Below are positions 9,917 through 22,660 of a DNA stretch of 64,000 nt, piece by piece; position 1 is the stretch's first letter; each line of letters begins with the position of its first letter. Both the position numbers and the translations under genes were made by a program. Below the pieces are notes generated by a model. That model saw only the letters and a program-made list of their open reading frames with translations, did not search any database and had not been told where the DNA came from. Location: NCBI GenBank assembly GCA_963665095.1, contig OY762069.1, positions 896,001-960,000 on the forward strand. The letters are read 5' to 3'. Source of the stretch: an uncultured Desulfobacter sp. (lineage in GTDB: Bacteria; Desulfobacterota; Desulfobacteria; Desulfobacterales; Desulfobacteraceae).

Positions 9917-11341
9917 ATGTTGGATATCCAACCGAAAATTCAGGTCATGACGCCGGACCAGATCCGGAAGGTGCACCAGGATGCCCTGAAAGTGCTCATC
10001 CGGACCGGGGTTCTTGTGGATGATCCCAAAGCCCGCCAGGTGTTTGAAAAAGCAGTGGGCCCCATAGGGGAGGACCACCGGGTTCGGATTCCCGAGGATC
10101 TGGTTCAATGGGCCATTGATGCGGCACCGTCTAAAATCAGCATCTATGATCGTTTTGGAGAACCCTGCTTTGATCTGGACGGCACTGGCAATGCAGACAC
10201 GGTTTTCGGCATCGGTGTCACCAACCTGCAGTACCAGGATCCCGCCACAGGAACCATTGCGCCTTTTACCCGGGCCAACATGGCAAGCACCGCAGGCCTC
10301 TGCAACAGCCTTGACGGGTTTGACTTTCTCTCCACTCCGGGCATTATTCAGGACATGCCGGCCATGGAGGCGGACCAATACGGCGTGCTGGAGATGATGG
10401 CCAACACCAAGAAACCAATTGTGATGCTGATCTCGGACTGGGAAGGGTTCATCCCGGCCCTGGCGCTTGCAGAACATTTAAGTCCCAATCTTTGCGAGCG
10501 ACCCTGGCTGATTCCCTATCTCAATCCAATTACGCCGTTGACTTTGAACACAGAGACGGCCATGAAGATGGAGGCGGCCATTGAACGGGGGCTTCCCATT
10601 ATCTTTTCCAACTACGGCATGTCCGGTGCCACCTGTCCCATCACCCCTGCCGGAACCCTGGTGCTTTTAACTGCTGAACTGCTCATGGGCCTTGTTTACA
10701 GCCAGCTGCTCAAGGAGGGCGCCCCCATTATCCTTGGCAGCCTGCCCGCTGCCTTTGACATGCGCCAGGCCGGCAGTTTTTACTCCCCGCACACCCTGCT
10801 GCTCAACCTGGCCTGTGCAGAAATGATGGCCCACTACGGCGTTCCCCACTGCGGCACTTCAGGCAGCAGCAATGGCTGGGGCGCGGATCTTCTGTCCGCC
10901 ACCACCCTTTGCACCAACCACATCACCAGCTGCCTGGGCAAGGTGGGCATGGTTCCCTTTGTGGGCGGCTGTTTTGACTCCATTGTCTTCTCCCCGGAGA
11001 TGGTGGTCTATGCCGATGATTTTATCTGCCAGTCCGAAACCTTTGCCCACGGCTTCTCTATAGATGATGAGATGGTGGGTCTGGACGACATTGATATGCT
11101 GGGGCCCAAGGGCAACTATCTGATGGCAGCGCTTACGGGGAAATTTTTTAAATCCTCCCAGTTCCCCACCAAAATCTGGCCCTTTCTCTCCATTGATAAA
11201 TGGAAAAAAAGAGAAGAACCAAGCGCGGCCCGGGTATTAAAGGAGAAAACCTGCCACCTGCTTGAGAATCTGACATTACCGGAGGATCACGAGGCGCTGC
11301 TGACCAAAGGAGAGTCCTTTTTAAAGAATAGAAAACATTGA
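9917..11341 (+). CDS. Non-pyrrolysine MttB-superfamily methyltransferase (quaternary amine/betaine type)
   Basis: MttB family motifs (GMSGATCPITPAGTLV, GAPIILG); no amber, HCGTSGSSN at the equivalent position. Confidence 0.85.
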   Translation: MLDIQPKIQVMTPDQIRKVHQDALKVLIRTGVLVDDPKARQVFEKAVGPIGEDHRVRIPEDLVQWAIDAAPSKISIYDRFGEPCFDLDGTGNADTVFGIGVTNLQYQDPATGTIAPFTRANMASTAGLCNSLDGFDFLSTPGIIQDMPAMEADQYGVLEMMANTKKPIVMLISDWEGFIPALALAEHLSPNLCERPWLIPYLNPITPLTLNTETAMKMEAAIERGLPIIFSNYGMSGATCPITPAGTLVLLTAELLMGLVYSQLLKEGAPIILGSLPAAFDMRQAGSFYSPHTLLLNLACAEMMAHYGVPHCGTSGSSNGWGADLLSATTLCTNHITSCLGKVGMVPFVGGCFDSIVFSPEMVVYADDFICQSETFAHGFSIDDEMVGLDDIDMLGPKGNYLMAALTGKFFKSSQFPTKIWPFLSIDKWKKREEPSAARVLKEKTCHLLENLTLPEDHEALLTKGESFLKNRKH

Positions 11342-14139
11342 AAAAAAAGATATACATCATTGCCTGCGCCGTCCTGGCCGTGGACATCCGCCGTATGGCG
11401 GACGAGCTGGGTCTTGACTGTGAGACGAGATTTCTGGAGGCCGGCCTGCACAACAATCCCAAATTGTTGCAGACCCGCCTCCAGGCCGCCATTGATGAAA
11501 TTTCAGCAAAAAATGACGGGGATCGGATCATTGTGGGGTACGGGGTCTGCGGTAAGGGCACCATCGGGGTCAGGGCACACGGGACCCCTTTGGTCATCCC
11601 CAAGGTGCATGACTGTATCTCCTTATTCCTGGGCGGCGACCGTGCCTATAAAGAGCAGTTCTGGAAAAATCCGGGCACCTATTATCTTTCTTCCGGCTGG
11701 TGTGATGAAAATTTTGAACCCATGTCCGAGAGAAGGCAGCGGGCCTGGTTTGGATCTGAAGAGTTCCGGTTTGATGACCTTGTCAAGACCCATGGGGAAA
11801 AAACAGCTGTCACCACATTTGAATTTCTGAACACCTGGCAGAAAAACTACAAACGGGTGGTCTTTATTGAAACCGGGGCTAAAAAGTCCGGAAGGTATGA
11901 AGCCTATGCAAAGGAGATGGCCCGGGAATACAACTGGGAATATGAAAAAATCCAGGGAGATCCGGGCCTGATACGAAAATTGCTGGCTGCGGACAAATCC
12001 ACCCGGGAGATTTTGCTGGTGCCCCCGGAACATGTCATTGAATTTGACGCCATTACCTCCACCTTGTCTGCCCATCCTGTCTGGGCGGACCAGGCTGTTT
12101 CCAAAGAATCTGAAAGCCTGGTTGTTGAATTATCCGGGGAGGCATCGGAACAGGCCCCAATGATCCGCTACGGCCTTGGCATTGATGCCGGCGGCACTTA
12201 CACCGATGCTGTTATTTACGATTTAAAGGAAAAAACAACCATCACCAAAGCCAAGGCGCTGACCACCCGGTGGGATTTTACCGTGGGCATTGATAACGCC
12301 CTGAAGCATCTGGATCAGGCGCATCTTGGCGCAGTGGAGCTGGTGGCGCTGTCCACCACCCTGGCCACCAATGCCATAGTGGAAAACGAAGGCCAGAAAA
12401 CCGGCATGATTCTTATGCCGCCCATGGGCCAGGCAGACAATATCGATTATGCCCCAAAGGCAGTGATCAAAGGCGCGCTGGATATCTCCGGCAGGGAAAA
12501 GGAATCCATTGATCCGGACCAGGTCCGGCGTATTGCGGATAAAATGGTTAAGACACAGGACGTTACAGCCTTTGCCGTGTCCGGATATGGCGGGGCCATT
12601 AACCCGGCCCATGAGCTGGCGGTCAAGGAGATCATCCAGGCCCACACCGGGTGCTTTGTCTCCTGCGGCCATGAGCTCTCCGATACCTTGAACTTCAAGA
12701 CCCGGGCGGTCACCGCCATGTTCAATGCCAGGATTATTCCCCGGCTTAAAAGCCTTTTGACGGATCTTGAAAACGTCATGAAAGATTTTAGCATCAAAGC
12801 CCCCGTGGTTGTGGTCAAGGGGGACGGCACACTGATGAGCAGCCACCTGGCCAAACAGCGGCCCGTGGAGACGGTGCTGTCCGGGCCGGCCGCTTCCGTG
12901 GCCGGGGCCAGACACCTGACAGGACTTGCCGATGCCCTGGTGGTGGACATGGGCGGCACCACAACCGATACCGCGGCCCTTTGCGACGGCCAGGTGAGCC
13001 TGAATGAAAAAGGCTCCACTGTGGGGGGACGGCGCACCCATGTCAAGGCTTTGGAGATCCGCACCGAAGGGTTGGGGGGAGACAGCATCATTGCTTTCCA
13101 GGCAGGTATGTTTACCCTTGGTCCCAGACGGGTGGCCCCGGTTTCCTGGATCGCCCATACCCAGCCCACAATCGAAAAAGCCCTGGGTTATTTAGGCAGC
13201 AACCTGAACCGGTTTTCGACATCCACCCGGAAAATGCAGATTGTGGCATTGACCGGCTCCCGAAAAAGGCTTTCCTTTACGCCCATGGAGGAGAAAATCC
13301 TTGGGCTGCTTCAGGAACGGCCCCTGAGCCTTGATGAACTGGTCATTAAAACCGGTGTGTATACAGATAAAACCCTGCCCCTGGACCGGCTGGAGGAAAA
13401 CTTTCTCATCCAGCGCTGCGGCCTTACGCCGACAGATTTGCTTCACATAACCGGTCAGTTTGTTAAATGGGATACCCCGGCAGCCCGAAAGATGGCCCAA
13501 TTTTTTGCCGATCTGTGCGGAAAAGAGACAACCGGGCTGATCAGCGACCTGCTTGATATGTGCACCCGAAGGCTTGCCACAGAGTTGTTGAAACGGCAGC
13601 TGGATGATCAGGTTAATCCTGAGAGCTTAGACACCTGCCCGGTATGCAGAATAATGATGGACAACCTTTTAGAGGAAAAGTCTAAGGATTTTAAGGTATC
13701 CGTCACCCTGAACCGACCGGTCATCGGCATTGGCGCCCCTATAAAATTCTTTCTTCCCCGGGCAGTCCGGTATCTGGGCACCCAGGCGGTTCTGCCGGAA
13801 AACGCCGACGTGGCCAATGCCATCGGCACCATTACCTCCAATGTGAGTATTAAAAAACAGCTCAGGATCATTCCCGGAACCATGGGGGGATTCACCGTGG
13901 AGGGCGTTGCAAACAGTCCCGGTTTTGTAGATTTTCAGGGTGCCGACCTTTTTGCCCGGGAAGCGCTTGCCCGGATCATCCGGGAACGGGCCCGCGAAGC
14001 CGGCTCTTCGGCCACCAGAGTGGATATTCAGGTCCAAGACCAGCTTTCCCATACCACGTCCGGGGGCGTCCTGTTCCTGGGTCGGATCCTTAAGGGCTCT
14101 TTGACAGGCCGGCCTGATCTTGTGATCAATGGGGAATGA
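11338..14139 (+). CDS. DUF1638 + hydantoinase/oxoprolinase-family fusion protein
   Basis: N-term GLHNNP, GYGVCG, HDCISLFLG; C-term GIDAGGTYTD, STTLATNA, SGPAAS, DMGGTTTD. Confidence 0.85.
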   Translation: MKKKIYIIACAVLAVDIRRMADELGLDCETRFLEAGLHNNPKLLQTRLQAAIDEISAKNDGDRIIVGYGVCGKGTIGVRAHGTPLVIPKVHDCISLFLGGDRAYKEQFWKNPGTYYLSSGWCDENFEPMSERRQRAWFGSEEFRFDDLVKTHGEKTAVTTFEFLNTWQKNYKRVVFIETGAKKSGRYEAYAKEMAREYNWEYEKIQGDPGLIRKLLAADKSTREILLVPPEHVIEFDAITSTLSAHPVWADQAVSKESESLVVELSGEASEQAPMIRYGLGIDAGGTYTDAVIYDLKEKTTITKAKALTTRWDFTVGIDNALKHLDQAHLGAVELVALSTTLATNAIVENEGQKTGMILMPPMGQADNIDYAPKAVIKGALDISGREKESIDPDQVRRIADKMVKTQDVTAFAVSGYGGAINPAHELAVKEIIQAHTGCFVSCGHELSDTLNFKTRAVTAMFNARIIPRLKSLLTDLENVMKDFSIKAPVVVVKGDGTLMSSHLAKQRPVETVLSGPAASVAGARHLTGLADALVVDMGGTTTDTAALCDGQVSLNEKGSTVGGRRTHVKALEIRTEGLGGDSIIAFQAGMFTLGPRRVAPVSWIAHTQPTIEKALGYLGSNLNRFSTSTRKMQIVALTGSRKRLSFTPMEEKILGLLQERPLSLDELVIKTGVYTDKTLPLDRLEENFLIQRCGLTPTDLLHITGQFVKWDTPAARKMAQFFADLCGKETTGLISDLLDMCTRRLATELLKRQLDDQVNPESLDTCPVCRIMMDNLLEEKSKDFKVSVTLNRPVIGIGAPIKFFLPRAVRYLGTQAVLPENADVANAIGTITSNVSIKKQLRIIPGTMGGFTVEGVANSPGFVDFQGADLFAREALARIIRERAREAGSSATRVDIQVQDQLSHTTSGGVLFLGRILKGSLTGRPDLVINGE

Positions 14140-14165
14140 GACGGTTCATCAGGATCTTTTTGAGA

Positions 14166-15560
14166 TTACAACCCGTCCAGAGGGCTTTTCACGCCTTTTC
14201 CACCGCGATTGAGGACATGAGTATAAATCATGGTTGTGGAAACATCTGCATGACCGAGCAGTTCCTGAACCGTGCGGATATCATAACCGCCTTCCAGAAG
14301 ATGTGTGGCAAAGCTGTGACGAAGGGCATGACAGTTCACTCGTTTGGCAATATTGGCCGCAGAAGCCGCCTTTTTTACCGCTTTTTGGAGACCGTTTTCG
14401 TGGATATGGTGGCGGCGGGTCTTTCCACTTTTGGGGTCAACCGAGAGCCGGCCGCTGGGGAAAACATACTGCCACGCCCACTCCTTCGGGGCATTGGGGG
14501 ATTTCCTTTCAAGCGCATAGGGAAGGGATACCCCGCCACAACCTTCTTCCAGGTCTTTCTCATGAACCTCGCGTACCTGCTCAAGATGCACCTGAAGCTC
14601 GCCGGCAAGCCGTTCCGGCAAAGGAACCACACGATCCTTTTTCCCTTTTCCGTCCCTGATAATAATCTGATGGTATTCAAAATCAAGATCCTGGACCCTG
14701 AGCCGGACACAGTCCATCAGCCGCATACCCGTGCCATAAAGCAGGGAGGCCATCAGCTTCTGCCGGCCCTCCATGTGGTCGAGCAGTCTTGCCACCTCAT
14801 TCCTGGTCAACACTACGGGCACCCGCCTGGGCCGTTTGGCACGTACAAAATCCCCGATATCGCCCAAAGGCTGTTTTAAAACCTTGTCATAAAAGAAGAC
14901 CAGGGCATTCAACGCCTGATTCTGAGTACTTACCGCAACATTTCTCTGAACAGCCAGGTGCTGGAGGAAACTGACAACCTCTGCACTGCCAAGCCCGGCC
15001 GGTGCCCGGTTGCCGCAAAACAGGATAAATCGCGCCACCCATGATTCATAAGACTGCTCAGTTCGTATGGAGTATCCTTTTGTCCGCAACTTCACCAGCA
15101 ACTGTTCCAGGATATCTGAATGGTGCTTCCTTACATCAGCAAGCTTTGAGTGTTTTATATTTGCCAGGTGATCAATGGTTTCCTTGGCCGAAGCAGTCAC
15201 GGCAACCGTGGGGTGGGTTTCTGTCAAAGAAACAGCTGAATCCATCCAGAATTTCCAGTCCACCTCCGGCAGCCAGGCCACACCCAGCATGGCAAACAAA
15301 TTCTGTATAGCATCGACCATCTGCCGGAACTGCCAGTCCTCGAGCCCCTTTGTTCTCCCCTGCTGTTCCAGGTAGGAAGCCACCTCTTCCGGTCCGTGTT
15401 CAGCCAGGCGAAGGTCAGGATATGCCTTGATATACTGCTCGGCCCGGATCACATACCACCTGGAGACATTACTTTTAATACCAATATGTTCCAGACGGTT
15501 TATGTAATTATCCCAAAACCGTTTTATCCCATTTTCCTGTGTTGATTTTCGCTGATTCAT
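14166..15560 (-). CDS. intI: Integron integrase (long form with N-terminal extension)
   Basis: [27 protein letters not shown] catalytic set plus the IntI-specific insert [23 protein letters not shown]...[11 protein letters not shown]; divergent from the cassette array. Confidence 0.96.
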   Translation of the reverse strand: MNQRKSTQENGIKRFWDNYINRLEHIGIKSNVSRWYVIRAEQYIKAYPDLRLAEHGPEEVASYLEQQGRTKGLEDWQFRQMVDAIQNLFAMLGVAWLPEVDWKFWMDSAVSLTETHPTVAVTASAKETIDHLANIKHSKLADVRKHHSDILEQLLVKLRTKGYSIRTEQSYESWVARFILFCGNRAPAGLGSAEVVSFLQHLAVQRNVAVSTQNQALNALVFFYDKVLKQPLGDIGDFVRAKRPRRVPVVLTRNEVARLLDHMEGRQKLMASLLYGTGMRLMDCVRLRVQDLDFEYHQIIIRDGKGKKDRVVPLPERLAGELQVHLEQVREVHEKDLEEGCGGVSLPYALERKSPNAPKEWAWQYVFPSGRLSVDPKSGKTRRHHIHENGLQKAVKKAASAANIAKRVNCHALRHSFATHLLEGGYDIRTVQELLGHADVSTTMIYTHVLNRGGKGVKSPLDGL

Positions 15561-15634
15561 GTGGTAGGTACCCCTTATATGTTTCAGGGCAATTTTTATT
15601 GTGTAAAATAATACACAAAGTTTTCTTTAATTTC

Positions 15635-15692
15635 AATAGGCAGAATCCGCCTATCACCATATCGGCCCATTCTGTCTATTTCACTGTTAGCT
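15635..15692 (+). other. attI site (core GTTAGCT at 15686-15692)
   Basis: GTTAGCT is complementary to the AGCTAAC inverse core ending cassette 1; lies just upstream of intI. Confidence 0.75.
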
Positions 15693-15708
15693 AATTCAGA
15701 GAGTAAGT

Positions 15709-16533
15709 ATGCCCATAATTATCAGGACAGCTTTCAATAATCAGGAATGGAGTGGTCACTGCCAACACGCAGACCGGGACAGGAGGCTGTTTCAATGCAA
15801 AAACGATGTTGTCAAAACAGGATATAAAATCAACAAAAAAGGGGTATGCCAAGCTACTTGTTGGGAATCTACATTATGCACGGAATATTGGTGGCAAAGT
15901 GCTGTAGGCGAGTTCAGCGAAAGAGCAGAAGGAAAAGCATATTTTGTTTATAGAGATATCGACAGCACATTAGTATTATGGGGTCGTTCAATAATCACAG
16001 AAAGAGACGGTAGCTATCTTTACTTCAAAAAGTTCACGCCACTGAACGAGAAAAAAGCAATTAAAGGCATTAGCTATAAGGAACTTGAAAGTATTGGTGT
16101 GCCAGGCTGGGGAGCAGGAACATTTAGGTACATTAGTGAGGAAACAGCAGATTTGCTAGACACAATCATTAAAGAAGGGAGCTACTATTTTGATGACCCA
16201 GCAGAACCTTTTTCTGATATCGAAGGCAGAAGAAATTTTAGAAAGCATTTGAAACTAGAAAGGTCGTCGCGCTTAGTTAAAGAGTTCAAAGCATCGCTAT
16301 CTAATTACAAGTGTGAAGTATGCGGATTCGATTTCGGTGAAAAATATGGGCAGCTTGGTTATGGTTTTATCGAGGCTCATCACAACAAACCACTTGCATC
16401 ATTAGAAAATCAAACAATAACGACTATTAACGATTTGTCAGCGTTGTGTTCAAACTGCCATAGAATGCTGCACCGAAGTAATCCGCCAATTAGCATCAAA
16501 GAGTTGGCGAAGTTAATGAAAGAACATAGCTAA
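15709..16533 (+). CDS. Cassette: HNH endonuclease (McrA-like C-terminus)
   Basis: CEVCGFDF, IEAHH, LCSNCHRMLH. Confidence 0.85.
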   Translation: MPIIIRTAFNNQEWSGHCQHADRDRRLFQCKNDVVKTGYKINKKGVCQATCWESTLCTEYWWQSAVGEFSERAEGKAYFVYRDIDSTLVLWGRSIITERDGSYLYFKKFTPLNEKKAIKGISYKELESIGVPGWGAGTFRYISEETADLLDTIIKEGSYYFDDPAEPFSDIEGRRNFRKHLKLERSSRLVKEFKASLSNYKCEVCGFDFGEKYGQLGYGFIEAHHNKPLASLENQTITTINDLSALCSNCHRMLHRSNPPISIKELAKLMKEHS

Positions 16534-16584
16534 CACGGCATTGCACCGGACTCGCGGAGCTCGCCGGTGAATTTAACGTTAGCT
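16528..16584 (+). repeat. attC (short type)
   Basis: AGCTAAC ... CACCGG/CCGGTG stem ... GTTAGCT. Confidence 0.85.
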
Positions 16585-16607
16585 CACAAAAAACAAAAGG
16601 AGAAGAA

Positions 16608-16970
16608 ATGAAAAAAGAAATTCAAATTGTTGTTAAAATAGATGTAAAAACTATTATTACCTCAATTTCAATATTAATGCTTGTTGTTGCTAGTTTATTG
16701 ATATTTAGAGAAGATATTGCTCATGCAAGAGAAGTGTATAAACGAAGCAATAATCCTATGGATTACCTGACAATAACTATGCAGAAAGATCAACAAAGTT
16801 TAACTGTAGTAAAACAAAACTTTGAACGTGAAGGAGGTCAATTGACACTTGAGCATCCTTTTGATGAAAGAAAAAATGTTCACCTTGATCTTTATGTGGA
16901 TGGAAACAAGAATACATTTTTTCGTATCCATTCTCGTAATGGGGTTATCTTTAAAAAGTTAATAGACTAA
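16608..16970 (+). CDS. Cassette: hypothetical membrane-anchored/secreted protein
   Basis: AAGGAG RBS, N-terminal hydrophobic helix, bounded by GTTAGCT/AGCTAAC. Confidence 0.65.
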   Translation: MKKEIQIVVKIDVKTIITSISILMLVVASLLIFREDIAHAREVYKRSNNPMDYLTITMQKDQQSLTVVKQNFEREGGQLTLEHPFDERKNVHLDLYVDGNKNTFFRIHSRNGVIFKKLID

Positions 16971-17045
16971 AAAGTTTTCCGGGGACATGATACTATTTTT
17001 GGCCAAGTGTTTTGGAAATAACGGCTTGAAAGTTAAAGATATTTT

Positions 17046-17177
17046 AGCTAACCAAACGCTTAACTTGACCGGGGGGGACTGAGCCGCTTTGAAATGATGT
17101 ATCTTCGATCAAAGATTTTGGTTTATTGAAAGCTTTTATCTGTTTGCCCCCCCCGGCAAGTTAGCTCCCCGATATAT
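17046..17177 (+). repeat. attC (long host type), followed by a GATATAT core
   Basis: AGCTAAC-CAAACG-CTTAACTTG-A-CCGGGGGGG ... CCCCCCCGG-CAAGTTAG-CTCCCC-GATATAT. Confidence 0.8.
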
Positions 17178-17342
17178 GGCTCAAGATTAACATGTCCTGC
17201 GATGAATCCCATTAGTATTGTTAAATCTGATGAGATTCGATTGGATTCAAGCATAGTGCAAGTGTGCAAGTATGCGTAACTTTGAAAATCATTATGGCTG
17301 ATAAGAAAATAGATCCATTGATCTTAAAAAACTGAGAGCTTT

Positions 17343-20369
<3,027 letters not shown>

Positions 20370-20380
20370 AGGCGGGAAAA

Positions 20381-22462
20381 ATGGCTGAAAATAAAGACCA
20401 GGCTAACAAGTTTGAGACGCTTCGTCAACAAGCCGAAGCGCTTATCAGAAATCAAACCGGTGTCATTCCAGAGACTCCTCCTGATATCCTCGACTTGATT
20501 CACGAACTCAGAATTCACCAGGCTGAACTCGAAATCCAGAATGAAGAGCTTCAGCGGGCACAACAGGAGATCTCTGACCTGCACAAGGAATACGAGAATT
20601 TATACGAGTTTGCACCGTGCGGTTACCTGACCCTCAATCATAAGGGCATCATCACCCACCTCAATCTGACAGGAAACCGCCTGCTTGATACACAACGAAA
20701 TCATGTGTCCAGAGTTGGGTTTTCACAATTCATTGATTTGGGGTGGAATGACGCCTACTTCTCTGCGCGTTCAAAGAGCGCCGAGACGGGCCGAAAGCAA
20801 AGCATCGAACTACCGATAAAAAGAAAAAATGACCCGCCTTTATGGGTTCAGGCCGAAATCCAGGCAGACCGCAACGAGGCGGATGAGGTTCTTCAATGGC
20901 GGATTGTGCTGTTGGACATCAGTGAAAAAAAGCAAGCGGTGGCAGCCCTTGAAAAAAGTGAAGCCAGATATCGCAAAATGATGGAGTCCATTTCCGACCC
21001 GCTGTATGTCTGCTCTCCAGATCAACGGGTTGAGTTCATAAATCCGGCAATGATTGAACGATTGGGAAGGGATGCCACCGGTGAAATTTGTTACCAGGCT
21101 ATTCACGACCTTGAGGAAACCTGCAATTGGTGCCCCTTTGATAAAGTCAGAAATGGAGAAACCATTGAAGAGAACATCGTCAGTCCTTTGGATAATCGAA
21201 ATTATCGCGCGACCCACATGCCGATTCTCAATGACGACCAGTCGGTTTCAAAGCTGACAATTTATAGAGACATCACGGATTTTCTAATGGCTCTGGAAGA
21301 GAAAGAAAAAGCCCAGGACAGATTGCAGCAGGCTCAGAAAATGGAATCCATCGGCAACCTGGCTGGCGGCGTTGCGCATGATTTCAACAATATATTATCC
21401 TCTGTCATCGGGTTTGCGGAACTTGCGCTCGACGATGTTGAACCCGGCAGCGCTTTAGAGGACAATTTGCATGAAATATACACAGCCGGGATAAGAGCCA
21501 AAGATATCGTCATGCAAATATTGACATTTGCCCGAAAAACCGACGAAAAGGTAAAGCCTGTCAGTATCGATAAAATTGCTAAAGACTCTCTCAGCTTGCT
21601 TCGGTCGTCCATACCCACTGATATTGAAATTGTTCAAAACATCAACACTGACGCATTGGTAGTTGGTAACCCATCCCTCTTACAGCAGGTGCTGTTAAAT
21701 CTTTCAAAGAACGCTGCGGACGCAATGGAAGATGATGGCGGCCGATTAGGAATAACTGTATCCGACGTTGCATTCGATGGAAAGGCTGCATCTGATCACG
21801 ACCTGTTAGGACCTGGTGACTATGTTCAAATAACCGTATCAGACACTGGGGTCGGCATCCCGCAGGATTCAATCCAATCTGTTTTTGAGCCGTACTATAC
21901 TACCAAAGGGTTAGGAAAAGGCACGGGCCTGGGGCTTGCTACCGTACACGGAACAGTAAAGAAATACGGTGGGGCGATTCATGTTGAAAGCCGATTAGGT
22001 GAAGGAACGAGTTTTACGGTTCTGTTGCCGGCCACCAAAAAGCGTGAGGCTACTAAACCGTATTTGCCTGAAGCACTGCCGAAAGGCAATGAAAGGATAC
22101 TGTTTGTGGATGACGAGTTGCCCATTGTGAAAATGTGCAGCCTGCTTCTTGAGCGTTTAGGTTATTCGGTGACAGCAAGAACCAGCAGCATAGAAGCGTT
22201 AGAACTGTTCCAAACGAAACCTGATGATTTCGATCTGGTCATAACTGATATGACGATGCCTGATCTGACCGGAGATAAACTGGCAGTTGAGTTGATGAAG
22301 ATTCGGCGGGATATTCCGGTGATTCTATGCACCGGCTACAGTAAAAAAATATCCGATGACACCGCCTCAGAAATAGGCATCAAGGCGTTCGCCTATAAAC
22401 CCATGGCTACGGCAGATTTAGCGAAAGCCATTCGGAAAGTGCTGGATGAAGCTAAAGGATAA
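20381..22462 (+). CDS. Cassette: PAS hybrid histidine kinase/response regulator
   Basis: LAGGVAHDFNN H-box, DTGVG and GTGLGL G-boxes, REC domain (VDDE, TDMTMP, KP). Confidence 0.93.
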   Translation: MAENKDQANKFETLRQQAEALIRNQTGVIPETPPDILDLIHELRIHQAELEIQNEELQRAQQEISDLHKEYENLYEFAPCGYLTLNHKGIITHLNLTGNRLLDTQRNHVSRVGFSQFIDLGWNDAYFSARSKSAETGRKQSIELPIKRKNDPPLWVQAEIQADRNEADEVLQWRIVLLDISEKKQAVAALEKSEARYRKMMESISDPLYVCSPDQRVEFINPAMIERLGRDATGEICYQAIHDLEETCNWCPFDKVRNGETIEENIVSPLDNRNYRATHMPILNDDQSVSKLTIYRDITDFLMALEEKEKAQDRLQQAQKMESIGNLAGGVAHDFNNILSSVIGFAELALDDVEPGSALEDNLHEIYTAGIRAKDIVMQILTFARKTDEKVKPVSIDKIAKDSLSLLRSSIPTDIEIVQNINTDALVVGNPSLLQQVLLNLSKNAADAMEDDGGRLGITVSDVAFDGKAASDHDLLGPGDYVQITVSDTGVGIPQDSIQSVFEPYYTTKGLGKGTGLGLATVHGTVKKYGGAIHVESRLGEGTSFTVLLPATKKREATKPYLPEALPKGNERILFVDDELPIVKMCSLLLERLGYSVTARTSSIEALELFQTKPDDFDLVITDMTMPDLTGDKLAVELMKIRRDIPVILCTGYSKKISDDTASEIGIKAFAYKPMATADLAKAIRKVLDEAKG

Positions 22463-22563
22463 AGTTGCACATAATTATCTTATTCTTGAGCTTTAAAGTC
22501 ATTAATTTTATCAACAATACCTGATGAATTGTGAAAGACTTAAAGCGATTACTATAAAATGCC

Positions 22564-22643
22564 ATATATCCAATCGGTCAACCGGACAACCAACCTTTCC
22601 GCTTCGCTACAAGGTTGGTTGCCGGTTACCTCAATCGTTGGCT
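22564..22643 (+). repeat. attC with atypical ATATATC inverse core
   Basis: ATATATC-CAATC-GGTCAACCGG-A-CAACCAACCTT ... AAGGTTGGTTG-CCGGTTACC-TCAATC-GTTGGCT. Confidence 0.8.
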
Positions 22644-22660
22644 TTACAAAAAGGAACTCA

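Noticed and set aside
22559..22660. N-terminal extensions given by the ORF track for the KAP NTPase (and 27023-27214 for the recombinase)
   Set aside because: They run through attC or intron sequence; RBS-supported starts lie downstream.
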